64,000 nt of DNA from Phoronis australis (Eukaryota; Animalia; Phoronida): positions 1,648,504 through 1,712,503 of the forward strand of contig NMRA01000014.1 of the NCBI GenBank assembly GCA_002633005.1, read 5' to 3'. A program made the translations under genes and the position numbers. The notes below the pieces were generated by a model. It had not been told where the DNA came from. It searched no databases and saw nothing but the letters and a program-made list of their open reading frames with translations. Of the stretch, positions 12,806 to 25,054 are shown in pieces; the first letter of the stretch is position 1, and the number at the start of each line of letters is the position of its first letter.

Positions 12806-13484
12806 TAGGGGTACTATAGCCCAAAGTGATAAGTAGTAAAACGTTCAAAACATTCAGGAGGAACTAACTTGTTGCAAAATATCGAAAAATATGAAGGACA
12901 ATCGGATTTTACGGTGCTCACGCATCGATCTCAGATATATGACAATTTCTCATTTTAGTACATTTGAGGTGCCAAAATGTATAACTAATAAACTGGCTGA
13001 CAAAGTTTTTATTTTATGCAATGAAAGTAACATGTTTTGTCAACATTTTGGCTAAGTTTCATTCTCATAGCAGTGGGGGCAGATTTGGTACAGCAGTGTA
13101 CTGAACACAACCTCAAAATGGCATAACGGGGGGCAGTGTAGTAAAACTACTAAATGAGGGCGGTAAATCGGAATCGTGTTTCAAGACATCTGCGTAACAA
13201 TCTATAGGCACCACTAAACAATGCCAAGTGAATAATAAATCAATAGCTTTCATTCAAGGAAAAATATGAACAGTTGAAACTGGACAGTTTTTATACCGTG
13301 AAAACATGGCTGCGAAACCGTAAAATGTGTTTGAACCTATAACTTTAGAAAAACACAATATTTTGAGGAAATATTTTACCGCTGTTTATAGATCCTATAA
13401 GACTACATATGTGCCAAATTTGGTGAAAATCGGCTGACCCCCACCTTGCCGCTCATGGTTGGTGCTCTCGTGGACTAGTACTTA
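12806..13484. mobile_element. Degenerate TTAA-type (Kolobok-like) non-autonomous element
   Basis: Left ttaggggtacta and right tagtacttaa; imperfect TIRs, diverged interior. Confidence 0.35.
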
Positions 13485-14630
13485 ATGATAATAGTAATAA
13501 CAGTTAGCATTAGATGTTACGTATTGTTGTCATTTGAGAACGTGCATCTATCCAACCATCGGATTGTCCTTAAATCACCACCCATGCCACTAAGAGCCGT
13601 GACATAATCAAACTTCGTTTTTTGGAATAAATGCAACCCATTTTTTAAAAAATAAAGGAGTGTATGTTGCTAAACCGTGTTTGCTCCTCCCCATTACGCC
13701 ATCAGGTAGATCCGCGATTCCGTAGCAACACATTTCTGTACACAGACTAGGGATTAATAAGCCCACAACATCCGAGCAAATCACGCCAAGTTTGTTTTAA
13801 ATGCGAGTAGAACAATGGTTGTAACATTCTACGTCCAGCGTTTTAGAGGAGCCTCTGTGTCTTGCGTAGGGTGGTATTTGAAAAATGATGTGCGCCGCGC
13901 ATGGCGAAACTTTCAACGAAGGATTTAGTTTGGTCAACCTGCTGAAATTTCTCCAGTCCGGCCTAAGTCGTTTCTCCGGCCCATAGTTTTGATTGAATGT
14001 TTCCGGAGAACGAGGCCACGACAAACAAGTTTTGATTTGTGTCCAGTCTTCGAAGATTTATAAGTTTATTTTAGGTCACGACGACTCTAGCCTTCACGCT
14101 GCAAAAACTTGTTTTCACTGAAGACAGATTACTTGATTAGCTGAAAGGTCGGCATTTGACTTATACAGTAGTAAGTGGACAGCTAATTGTTCTGTATCTG
14201 ATTCCAAAGCAGGCAATGGTGGAGGGAGGGAGGGGGGGGGGGCACGGAATTGGCGGTCTGATAGACTACAGGGACGGCATGACAGCTGGGGACAAATGAT
14301 AATCACATCACTATACATGTAGGTAGGTCAACAGAGACCTTAATTAATACGGCCGGGCACTCAGTCACGCAGGGTCAAACCGAAAAGGCAAAGTTTTAGT
14401 TAAAACTGCGGTATATGAACGTATCCCCCCTTGAAATTACAACTGAGCTTCATTCGATCCCTGCCAATCCTGGATTTCACAGCCAAACTCGAATCTCACT
14501 GTATTTACCCACGTATGTCTCAAAATCATTCAGACAGTTTTGTATTTTGCGCTATTGGATGTCCACATGTTCTTTGTTCTTCTATTCTTTGCACGTCTTT
14601 CTGGGCTGCATTACTTTATTCGATCGTTTA

Positions 14631-14820
14631 ATGCCAAAGAAGTACATGTATAATAGTTTCGTGTTGTCGGTTAATTGCAACTCCGACGGAAAAAAGTTGT
14701 ATGAACTTGAAGAATAACAATGGAAGAGTGGTGTTCTTCCCCTTCCCGACATCAAAGACAACAAAATGTGGAGCGAGAGCATAAAGCAAGCTGTTCAGGT
14801 AAATTTCAAACCAACATGTA
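14631..14820 (+). pseudogene. Possible decayed THAP-domain (transposon-derived) coding remnant
   Basis: MPKK…CNSD…(frameshift)VVFFPFP resembles a THAP N-terminus; broken by stops. Confidence 0.35.
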
Positions 14821-15136
14821 AGAGAATCTCCTTTCATAAGATACGTTTCAAATCTGGAATTTTTGAACTGATAAAATAGGGAATATCCAGGGCCATTCAC
14901 GACGGCAGTTTCCGACATGACCTGTGGAAATGCACTGGTCACTCCAAAACAAGGTCCAATCAATGAAAACAACACGCACTCCGTTAACTCCTGGACAAAG
15001 GCGAGTTCTATCGCTGTGTAACTCGGGACGACCCTATTAGGATTGCTAACTCGCCTTATTACAAATGGCCCCCCTAAAACATAACGCGATGGTTTTTGAA
15101 TATGGAGTTACATGTCTCACAAACACATTGTTATTG

Positions 15137-15337
15137 CACAGGGGTGCTCCAATTTCTGACTAAAAAAAAACAGGGTACCACCTTCGGAAGTGTGAACTGC
15201 CCGTCCGCGCCCTTTTAGTGGACTTTTGTCGCATTTTCTATGATTTTGTTCTTTCTCTGAGGCGGACCTTTTTACCTACTTCTCCAAATGGGGGGGTGGG
15301 CTCTCGAACCCCCCAAGCCCCCCAGAGTGCGCACATG
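15137..15337. mobile_element. MITE family B, inverted and diverged copy, 5-bp TSD TATTG
   Basis: Reverse-complement similarity to 24808-25054 (tcgaaccccc, gaggcggacctttt, ttagtggacttttgtc); tattg at 15132-15136 and 15338-15342. Confidence 0.8.
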
Positions 15338-18300
15338 TATTGAAGACAGTATCGGGAAGTAATTCTGCAAGTCCGAAAAACATCGAATATATTAAAAGTT
15401 CAGCGGATATTTCACAGTAGCATTCCTATATTTTATTGTCAGTGGTTTAAATTTAGTGTCGAACTGTCATTTTAATTAACATACCACTTAAACAATTCAC
15501 ACCATGCTTGAATTCGGTAACCAAAAATTTGTGTGGGGCATTTCAAGTACTTTTTTTCTTCAGTATGTCTACTTTTAATCATGAAATAAACAAAACTTTA
15601 ATTTACGTCATCATTCGATCCGGTATCCGTCGTTGTGTTGTTCTACACCAGCCGCGAGCCGTAATGGCCTCAAAACCGAGTTTGTCTGAGTATTATGGAA
15701 AGTTGCAGATGCGGACGATGCAGTAATAGCAATCGGACAGTCAATATTTCCGTTTTTTCATTTCCAAAAAACTCAAGAATGGCACATGTTCGTGCGTCAG
15801 AAATGGGTATGGGAGTACAGGGTGGAGCAAGCGATCAGTTCAGCGACCACTTGGTGTTCAGCCAATTTTGAAGAATCCGTCGCAGAAACGGATATTTGAT
15901 GAAGGTTTCTACAAAGTGAAAGTACATTTGATGAAGAAAATGTGTATTTTGTTGAGCCATTGCTTAGAACCTAGTCAGGCATATTGATTAGGAGCCTCAG
16001 CATCAAATTGTGACTGAGACAATGAATGTGATTGCAGTAAGATTCCATCAGTCTACTGTTGTTCAAGACTTTGCGGGAATGCATGCTATCCACATATACA
16101 TGTACGTCAATGCCTCATGACCCCAGCCGGTACAGAGGCTGGAGTCGGACACTGGGCCGAAATAATCGACGAATCCTAATGGTACGATTTTTCATAATTT
16201 TGGAGCAGAGAAGACAGAGACGAGTATCATTTGCCCAGTAATAAAATCTTACTAGCATCACTATACATGTAATTAGATTTGATCGTTCCTGACAAACGCA
16301 CTCGGCATTCGAAGAATGGAATCAGTGTCCGCTTTGACAGTCAGGGTAAAAGTTACAGTCTTGGACACATATATTACCCTACACTGAAGTGGTTACAATA
16401 TTAAATCACGATTATAAAAGACGTTTATTAACACTCTCAAATCTGGAGTGTCCGTATACTAAGTAGCGGGCTTCAACTCGGCTACACTCGCCGTGGACGG
16501 CGGTGCAGGAGGCAGGGTCGTGTTCGTACGACAGATATGAGAAGGTTAAACTCGGATGTTTCACCTATAGACCGAGTGTAGTCTTAACGCCCATCTCCAT
16601 ACTCGTCTTCATAATCCTCGTCAAGCTCACTTTCTAAGTCTTCGTAGCTTACCAAACCACTATTATCTGTCATTGCATATAATTATACATCTACATGCAT
16701 TGTCAACTGTTCCACCGATGACATCACGTGGCGGCAAACAAAAAAGATTATTAAAGTTTCTTTAAAATTCAAATTTCCTAAATCATTTTTCTAAAAGTGC
16801 TCGTTTAGTTAAGATTGTGTGCTATAAAATTATTATACAAGGTCCAAAACCGTTATTGTGGGTACGCTTTAAAGGGGCGTACGCGTGCAATGTGTTTGCA
16901 ATCAAGCCGCTCGTCCACTATTGCTAAAATCAGGAAGAGAACTCTTCCTGCTATGATGAATACAGGAATACATCCACAGAGAGTTTCACATGCCCAGCCT
17001 CCCGACCACAGCCCTGACTATCGGCCATCTTTTCATTGCTGTAATGGAAGAATCTTAAGTGCGCATGCCCTCTAATACTCGGCTCAGGTCTTTCTCGGGC
17101 CAACGCCTTGTCGGGGTATCTGTGCCTACACTACTGATTTGCTACCAAGAATGTTTTAACAGTGAATCAAAACAGCACTTTGCATCCATACCATCGTCAC
17201 TAGTGTCCTTGCTGTCCAGAGATAAAAATTTGCCGAGATCTAGATCCTGCCAGACTATTGTTTTGCAGTAATCACCAACGATTTAAAATCGTTTAACAAA
17301 CTTTCTGAAATTTTGCAGGATGTTTGCTAACGTTGCCAGGCAGATATCCTGTTGGACATGTCCGTGATATTTCCGCGCTGAATAGGGAAGGGAACAGCCC
17401 ACGACAACATTGTACAATATTACTCGTGTCAAGCAAGAAGACGGCACACAGTATTTTTTAATTAACCAACTAAACTTACCCCACCCAATTTCATAAGATT
17501 TTGAATTTTGCAGGGTATATGGAGATTACACTTGTTCTGGTTGAAAGGGTGTGCTAGTTGTAACGTACTTTCCTCGCTTTTTTCTCAGTAGTGGATTTTC
17601 TTTAACATTTACTGCTTGCAAAAGCCAATGGGAGTTGAAAATTATCACTACATTCATATGATTAACAGGCTATTCGGATTTGTAATAATCCTGGCTGGTC
17701 GACATTCATCTTTCGGTCCCGGATATATTGTAAAGTGTTTGTCAGTCTGAATTCAAAGAGATGGGCGTAATTGGAAAACGAGCAACTTCATCCTAAACAT
17801 ATCTCAAATGCAATACCATGGTATTCTTACTTACAATGTCTTGGTTCAACCCGGGGCAAATCAAATACAAGTTTCTCGTTGGCTCATTGCACACACTATG
17901 ACGTTATATCATGCACATCTTTTGATTGCATATTTTTGGAAAACTCATTCTTAAGATTCAACGACGCCGTTTTTGGCTTTGAAATGAAGAAGCAGATGGC
18001 GGACGAAGAATTGGTGTAATGTATTTTTGAAGGGAGCTATAGAGGAGTTTACAAACGGGGAGGTGTGATACGCCGTGATATGTAACAATTTCGTAGAATG
18101 TTACAACTGTTACATTTTATGTCATTGTTACATTTTACGTTGCTAGACCTCTCCTAAAATGCAACAAGTTGCTACATTTTATGTAATTGCTATAATTTAC
18201 GTTGAATGTACATGCGAGAAATGTCCCATTGTTACATTTTACGAAAGCGATGACATATTTCATGAGTTTGAAAGGTATTTGTCACACGGAAGAAATCCGT

Positions 18301-19049
18301 TCAAACACTTAACGCCTTCTTTCTCGGATTGTGTGAATGAATTTCTATCAAATGTGCCAGGTCGACTTTATAGATGTCCCGATGTACTTTCCATGGTTTT
18401 CTGAATACGAGTAGTTTAATGGTACAGTAAAAATGTACAGCGTACAGTTTCAACTCCACACCAAAGGAGTTTCCGGGATCAGGTAAGTGTTGTTATCGTT
18501 AAAGCGATCTTTCATTCTTTTGTTGACGCTCATAAACCAATTTTATCGGACATTACAGTAAACACTCTTCCCTTTGTAAGAACAACATGGACATCGTATT
18601 TGGCTAATATTTATCGTATTTCTTCGGGAACGAAAGACAACAACAAAATTTTTCATGGAGAATTCAATTTCGGAAGCCAACTTGATAGAAAAAACACCAG
18701 TTTTAGTCCACGATAGTTTGGTTTATTTCGGCCAGTGTATTATTGCCTTGGAGTCATCGTTTCTGATGCCGACGGGTGCTGTCTACCACTTTAGTTACGA
18801 ATGACAATTTCTTAAAGACATTGTGGTGGAAAGAAATAAAAGCACGCATTTACTTGCAGGCAGGTTGATAATATTTTGCCAAAGCAACAGCATAATATCG
18901 CCTTTGAGAGGGGCAAGCTATTAGTTCAAAAAAGTGGCGGCATAGTGACGAAAGAAATATCATTGTTCCTACGATGTCAAACCTGTCTGAAATAGTGGTG
19001 GTAACAACAGGTCAAACCGTGACGTGTGTACGTAAAAACGCGAGATTAA

Positions 19050-19892
19050 AGGAGCAATGGTCCAAAAAAGCTGACTGTCGGACTATAAAAACATGAAATT
19101 TCGCTTTCTATTACCTTTTAAGATAAAATATGAATTGAAATTGCTATTTGGCCAATGGTTGCTAGTTCGAAGTACATATAAATAAGGATAAAAATTGGAC
19201 ATTCTATTGTTAATGGAAGTGAAGTCACGTGTCTCATGAGGCGCTTTTGTTGTGTTGCAGCTCGCAGATAAGGGAATTTGGTATGTTAATCCTTTTGATG
19301 CATTGCATTTTAAACTTTTTGATGCTTTGCATTAAATGCTCATATTAAACATCGCTAACTTCGACGCTGGCGGTTTTTGTTCCATACAATCAACTTTCAA
19401 TGTAACGTAGTTCAAATCATTCTGTTAAATCACATTGTTTTTCTAAGAATATTTGGGCCCATTCCACATAAAATTGTTGCGTGTCTTGTATGTCAGTTAC
19501 CCGCTATTCTAATGACGAGGTGACCGCAGCTGACTAGTCGTTAGTTCTCGAAAATTGTCTGCCTCCAGAGTTCAAGGTAACGCAATTTGAACTTACACAA
19601 CGTCGTGGAACGATACCCAGTTCTTTGGCAAGGAATGTTTTCAACAAGAGACAATGTTGCGGTCTGAATTCAGTTCTTCGTGGCAACTATGGGTGGACAT
19701 ACATGTAGTTATATTTACAAATAATACCGTACTTGCTGATAGTTTAGAAATAGTCATTTTTTGGATTTGGGGCTCATCTAAACAAGATTTCAAATATCAA
19801 CCTCTTCGTTTCCAAAAAAATAGGCGTACACTGCATCCACAGCTGTCAAGACGTTCCTCACAATATTGTTTAAGCTGAACTTGGGAGCCCCT
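19050..19892. mobile_element. TTAA-flanked (Kolobok-like) non-autonomous element nested in the long-TIR element
   Basis: ttaa|aggagc… at the left and …gcccct|ttaa at the right; short imperfect TIRs. Confidence 0.45.
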
Positions 19893-20049
19893 TTAAAATC
19901 CTTTTGGGACAACACTGGCTGTCCACTATGGAAAGCCCGATGACAATATTGAACAATAAATGAGATCATTTTAAACTTTTTGAGGTCCATGATGTATTAG
20001 CACTTTGCTAAATATATATTGTGTCCTCGTTAAATAAATTTGAAAATAT

Positions 20050-20180
20050 TAATAATAATAAGGATAACAAAAACGGTAATGAGTAATAGTAGTGACAGTG
20101 ACAATAGTATTAATGTTAATGACAGTAGTTACAGTATTAGTAATAGTAACAGTAGTGATAGTAATGTAATACTAATAAAA
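20050..20180. repeat. Degenerate (TAA/TAGTRA)n low-complexity tract
   Basis: taataataa…agtaatagtagtgacagtgacaatagt…. Confidence 0.7.
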
Positions 20181-23100
20181 CTGTGAATAGGTAGCCTACA
20201 GAAGATATATACGGAAAGTGCCGCCCAAAAGGGTGTTTTTTCACTCTCCAAAATGGTGTCATTTTCGACAAAACTATATCTAGACGGTGACTTTCATGAA
20301 TTTCTGGAACAAAAGTGTGCGAAAATGTGAGGTTTTACACAAATTAGTCTCTAAGTGGGTCACTTTTTGTACGAGCCTACTCTCTAAATGGGTAGATATT
20401 CAAATATTTCGGGCGCCACTCCTCGTTTAAAAATACTCCAGTACCCCCCGGCCGTGTCAGACACCACTTTTTTCGTGATTTTGGTCATTTTCTTTGCAAT
20501 ATGACGTGGGCTTCGTAAAATGTAACAATGGTACATTTCTCGCATGTGCGCTCGACGTGAAATGTAACAACTACGTAAAATGTAACGATGACATAAAATG
20601 TAACAGTTGATACATTTTACGAAATGGTTACATTTTACAGAGGTTTTGTTATAAACTATTGCGAGAAGGCGTCCTCCGTGGCGAATGCTCACAATTTTGC
20701 CCCAACGGGACGGCGTTAGCAAAAACCGGGGATTTGAATTCGTTGTTAAAAAAAATGTTTCTCGTGAAATTTTCGATTTAGCTAACACCGTTTTTCAAAA
20801 TCAAGTATGAATGTTTCCCTTTGCATTGTCGAAATGATGGATACGAAATAGTGTAAGTCCATGCCATGCCGTTCATTTGAGCAGTGTGGAATCTTGGTGG
20901 CCATAAATGTGGGAAAAGGGAAATTTCCCCTTGAGATCACTGGATGTGGATTGTGGATGTGCAAGATGTTACGTCGATAAAAGTTTCATTCCATCAACTG
21001 GCGAATGTGACTGGCTAGAAATCTAAATCAAAAGACAAAATTGTCTTTAAGTAAAAAATCATCATATTAGGTGTACGATGTACACGTAGACGGGACATTA
21101 GATCAGATGTACCGCATTGCAAAATCATAACTGTTTCAGATGAAACACAAAAAATTTAGCATCAACTTCTAGAAATTGGCCTCAGTTGCATAAATTTAAA
21201 CGCTGGATACCAACCGTTGACGTCGCACTATCACACGTCAATTTGTCAACGTTGAACAATATACTTGAAGTCACGCGATAATCAAGCGCATCCATCGGAC
21301 AAGTTTTGAAGATTTATGTAACCTATAGATGAGGCACAAACCATGGACAAATGTCAGCGAACCGGCCAGTGAGCATCCATAAAGTCAAACTCCTTGCTCT
21401 TAGTCGTTTATCATCGAATGATGTGTTATTGTGAACATGTCAAACATTGACCTCAGCTAGGAGCATAAACCGTGTGAAGCGAGTATTTAAACAGCATAAA
21501 TCATGTGATTGTCGACTTTGAAATCACATTATTATGATATTAGTTTACCAACGTCTCATATCCCGGGTTGATTGTTGCTTGTTAATTTCAAAAGTCAAAT
21601 CTGTTGTATATTTATGTTTTCCAACTTGTGTCCAAGATACTTGTTTACGTCTTAAAGTTGATAACAATAAGTTAACACCGAGCAACGCATCAAAAACAAT
21701 AAGGCGATGTAGGTTCGGTTCGTTTCGCGTGATTGACCACAGGCATCTGCACGACTTGAAATGTTTTATATCTCGCAAAGACACCATTCTTTGTAAACGT
21801 GACATAACTTTTACACCAAAAAATGAGTGCGCTGCGACAATTAAAAATGAGAAAGAAAAGTTTTACGCACCGACCAATCTACACGTACTGTATCCATGTG
21901 TCTCAGAGCAATGAAAATGTATGAGGCCTAGGGGAAATGAATTTTGATTTCTTAAAACTCTTCGTAAGGCATTAGAGTATTATTTCCTTGGTCAGGGTGA
22001 GTTCATGAGAAACTTAGTTAATAATCTTAGTGCTAGGGTCAAGGGGGACAAAGATACCCGAGAATGGTTCGTGTCTTCCAAATAACTTCAAGCGTCAGGG
22101 GTGAAACTTGATGGTGGGGAGGGCAAACGAGCAATTGAGGTTGAATATGAGACGATTTGTTGGCCTAGAAGTGCCGTAGCGGCAATGGGCTGAGATACTG
22201 GTGAAAGCCCGAGGCTCTTTTGTCGACGCGTACGTTGGTTTATGTTTTTTGTTTACTTTCAGCTAAAATCAGTCTACAGGGTAGCTCATTGTGTTTCATG
22301 AAAACGGTAGAAATACCTAATCTGGTCGACTCGACAGAAGGCAAAACGTTTGGAGAAACGTAAGAGACAAAACGCCAACTTTTGGTTTATCGTGGTCAAA
22401 TTTCTCACTTTTGGCTCCGGTCAACGTGACAAAAGGCCATACTCTCTTTGGAAAAGCACTTCCCAACAGGCAACGGGGGAAGGGGGTGTTAGCGTTTAGG
22501 GGAGAATTATTCGCATTATCTAAAATGAGGGAAGACGTTATTTACAAGACATCTCCAGTTCAACACTACATATGTACTTCGACAATAATTCCACATCCTT
22601 ACGATTTCAGACGTATCGCAAGGTATCAGACACAGCCTAATTGAAACTTTAACGTCGGCTACTTACTTAAAAAATGTCGCAAACAGTTTCCATACGACGA
22701 CTAATTAGGTTCGAAAGTACTATCTTGGGGCTCAGAAAATAAAACAAATTCTACGATCTGTCAAACCCTGTCAGTGCTGTCCATTATGGAACTTGTGTAG
22801 TCCCAATGATGTACAGGTAGTCAGTTTTCTAACTTTCATATTTTGACAGTAAGGGTGAAGCAAATACACTAATAAAGATGTACGCTAATGGCGTGTGCGT
22901 TGTGGATTCCCCATGCAGTCCAAATAGGAACTCTTCACGTTAGAGTAAATTCTCACAGAATTTGTGGATTTAAAAAGTTACAGGCTGCCCGTTCTTCTGC
23001 TGTTTGATATTCATCACAAAATATGTTTTTGGCTTTGGAACACACGAAGAGTAAACAGTACCTTTCCTGCACGCCTCTAATTTGAGGGCTAAGCCCCCCC

Positions 23101-23942
23101 TCCCTCCTTTGTTTTTATTAAAACCAGGGGTCGATATTGGTTCCTAGACTGAAAAAATGACTCGGTAATTAGTTATGTTTATTGAGAAATAGACACTGTA
23201 TTTACTGAAAGTGACGCTCATAATATATAATTATTCAGTGGTAGAAAAAAATTAGTTTTGTGAGTATACAACGGCACAAGTAAGCAAACAATTTAGGGAA
23301 CCTAGTTAAGTCCATCTTTGGGACTGTTTCATACAGTATACAAGCGTGTGCACATTCCCATTATAGACAGAATCGGAGGGGGTATTCGAGTGAAGCCTGT
23401 TCAAAAGGACGACATTTCCAAGCACAACTTAGCCAATGTTTACCTCTGAATCCTGAGTCACCGTTATGCAACACTCAGTCAATTCTGTCAGGAGTCTAAG
23501 ATTCGCCATCTAAATAGTCAAAATGATGAATCTGTACAGAAAAATTGGAAGGTGCACTGTGAAACCATTTTTAGTCGAGGGATGTTAAAAATTCCCATTG
23601 CCTGGCACTCGCTGCGCATAACTTGATGTATGTTGCCGTTTTTCTTTCAGTGTCCAACACATAGTCCAAAAGCTTAAAAATTTTCTTAGATTGGAACGTT
23701 ACGCCTTCTCCCCAATTCTCAATACAAACACTACATGTACATGCAGCTCTTTATAGATGTTTTAATTTAATAAACAAAATTCAGTGGTTTAACACAACTG
23801 AGCATCCTAGCCTCTGAAGTACAACACTATATGGATTTATATAGGAACCAAACAAAATACATACTGTGTAAAGTTACTAAAACCAATGATTGCATGGCAA
23901 AATAAGCCCTGTGTAAATGTCTTCTACAAAAATGTATCTTAC

Positions 23943-24046
23943 CGTAAAATGTTAACCAATTGGAAGAAATCTCAGCTTTTGACCTGGAGCTCAGATGTTA
24001 TCACTGAGTTGTAACTGTGACTGTCACGGACTGGATAGGTTTTATA
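23943..24046 (-). promoter_or_regulatory. Candidate TATA/Inr core promoter and non-coding first exon (possibly of the innexin)
   Basis: Minus strand: TATAAAA starting at 24046, Inr-like CAGTT about 30 nt downstream (about 24016), about 75 nt without ATG, then a G|GTAAGA donor at 23942. Confidence 0.35.
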
Positions 24047-24807
24047 CTGGTCAGCGTTGTTTCACGGCACCTGGTGATTTATAAAATATTATCATCTGCG
24101 CACTGCACACAGATTGTACGAATAGACTAAAAATAACGGAGTAATCCTAGGATGATATGCGGACGAACGAATTGGGGTGGTTTTTATTGGTGATTTCTTT
24201 GACAAACACAATAATGAATCCGGTAGCTTATATTTAAGAATTTTGTTTCTAAAAGTCCACAATGAAATGTTTGTTTGTGTTTATCATTACAGCCGGTCGT
24301 GATAAATTTGTGCTTCTCTTGTTTCAGTAGATGTCTCTATATAACGTCACACGTTTTAAAAGTCTCGTTTTTGCAAATGATTATCGGGTTCACCATCAGA
24401 CATTTCATGAATTATCACTAAGAAATCCCATTTTTAAGTTTAAGGATTTAATAAAGCATTTCTCCCCGTACCCACAGTAGATTATAGACTACCTTTTATT
24501 ACGTGTGCTCTTACGATACACATGTAATTCTTATTGGCAGGTTTTGGCTTGGCTGATTAAGCGTATTAGGACTGAAAGTCACGACTGCGTTTTTGTTGTC
24601 GTATACAGTATATCTTGGCCGCTCTTCTACGTTAACCAAAAAGTTTCTTTTAAAGTGCAACGGTCTCCTCACAAACAGTCTACTTGTTTGAGCAAGTCTA
24701 TGTGGGAGTCGAAAGATGGTGCGCCAAGCTGAGGTGCCGGATTTCTCCTACGCGGTCTGAACGTGAGTACCGGTTGTCATAAATTGGAACAGATTAAAGA
24801 AAATAAG

Positions 24808-25054
24808 CATGCACGCGCCCACGGGGGGCTCGGGGGTTCGAACGAGCCTCCCCATTTTGAAAATCGGGCAAAAAGGCCCGCCTCTGAGAAACGAAAAGTC
24901 CGAGAAAATGAGACAAAAGGCCACTAAACAAGCACAAACGCGTAATTTACTGTGGTGCCTCCGGTTTTTTTTAGTCCACCCGCTTTTTTGTTACCAAAAG
25001 GTCCACAACGTCAAGAATTCGAGCCCCCCATATTGAAGGCAGGGTGCGCGCATG
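24808..25054. mobile_element. MITE family B (CATGCRCGCRCCC TIR), 5-bp TSD ATAAG
   Basis: catgcacgcgccc…gggtgcgcgcatg; ataag on both sides. Confidence 0.88.

Larger units (their letters stand above)
18064..20645. mobile_element. Non-autonomous DNA element with long (about 130-170 bp) TIRs built from TGTTACATTTTACG units
   Basis: 18080-18248 is the reverse complement of 20510-20640 (e.g. catgcgagaaatgt.ccattgttacattttacgaa); no intact ORF inside; outer termini approximate. Confidence 0.7.

Noticed and set aside
16585-16672. Short acidic minus-strand ORF (MTDNSGLVSYEDLESELDEDYEDEYGDGR)
   Set aside because: Under 30 aa with no context; probably a transposon relic or chance.
18080-18250. Short repeats that could be read as a CRISPR-like array
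   Set aside because: Irregular spacing, no unique spacers, eukaryotic context, and they form one arm of an inverted repeat.
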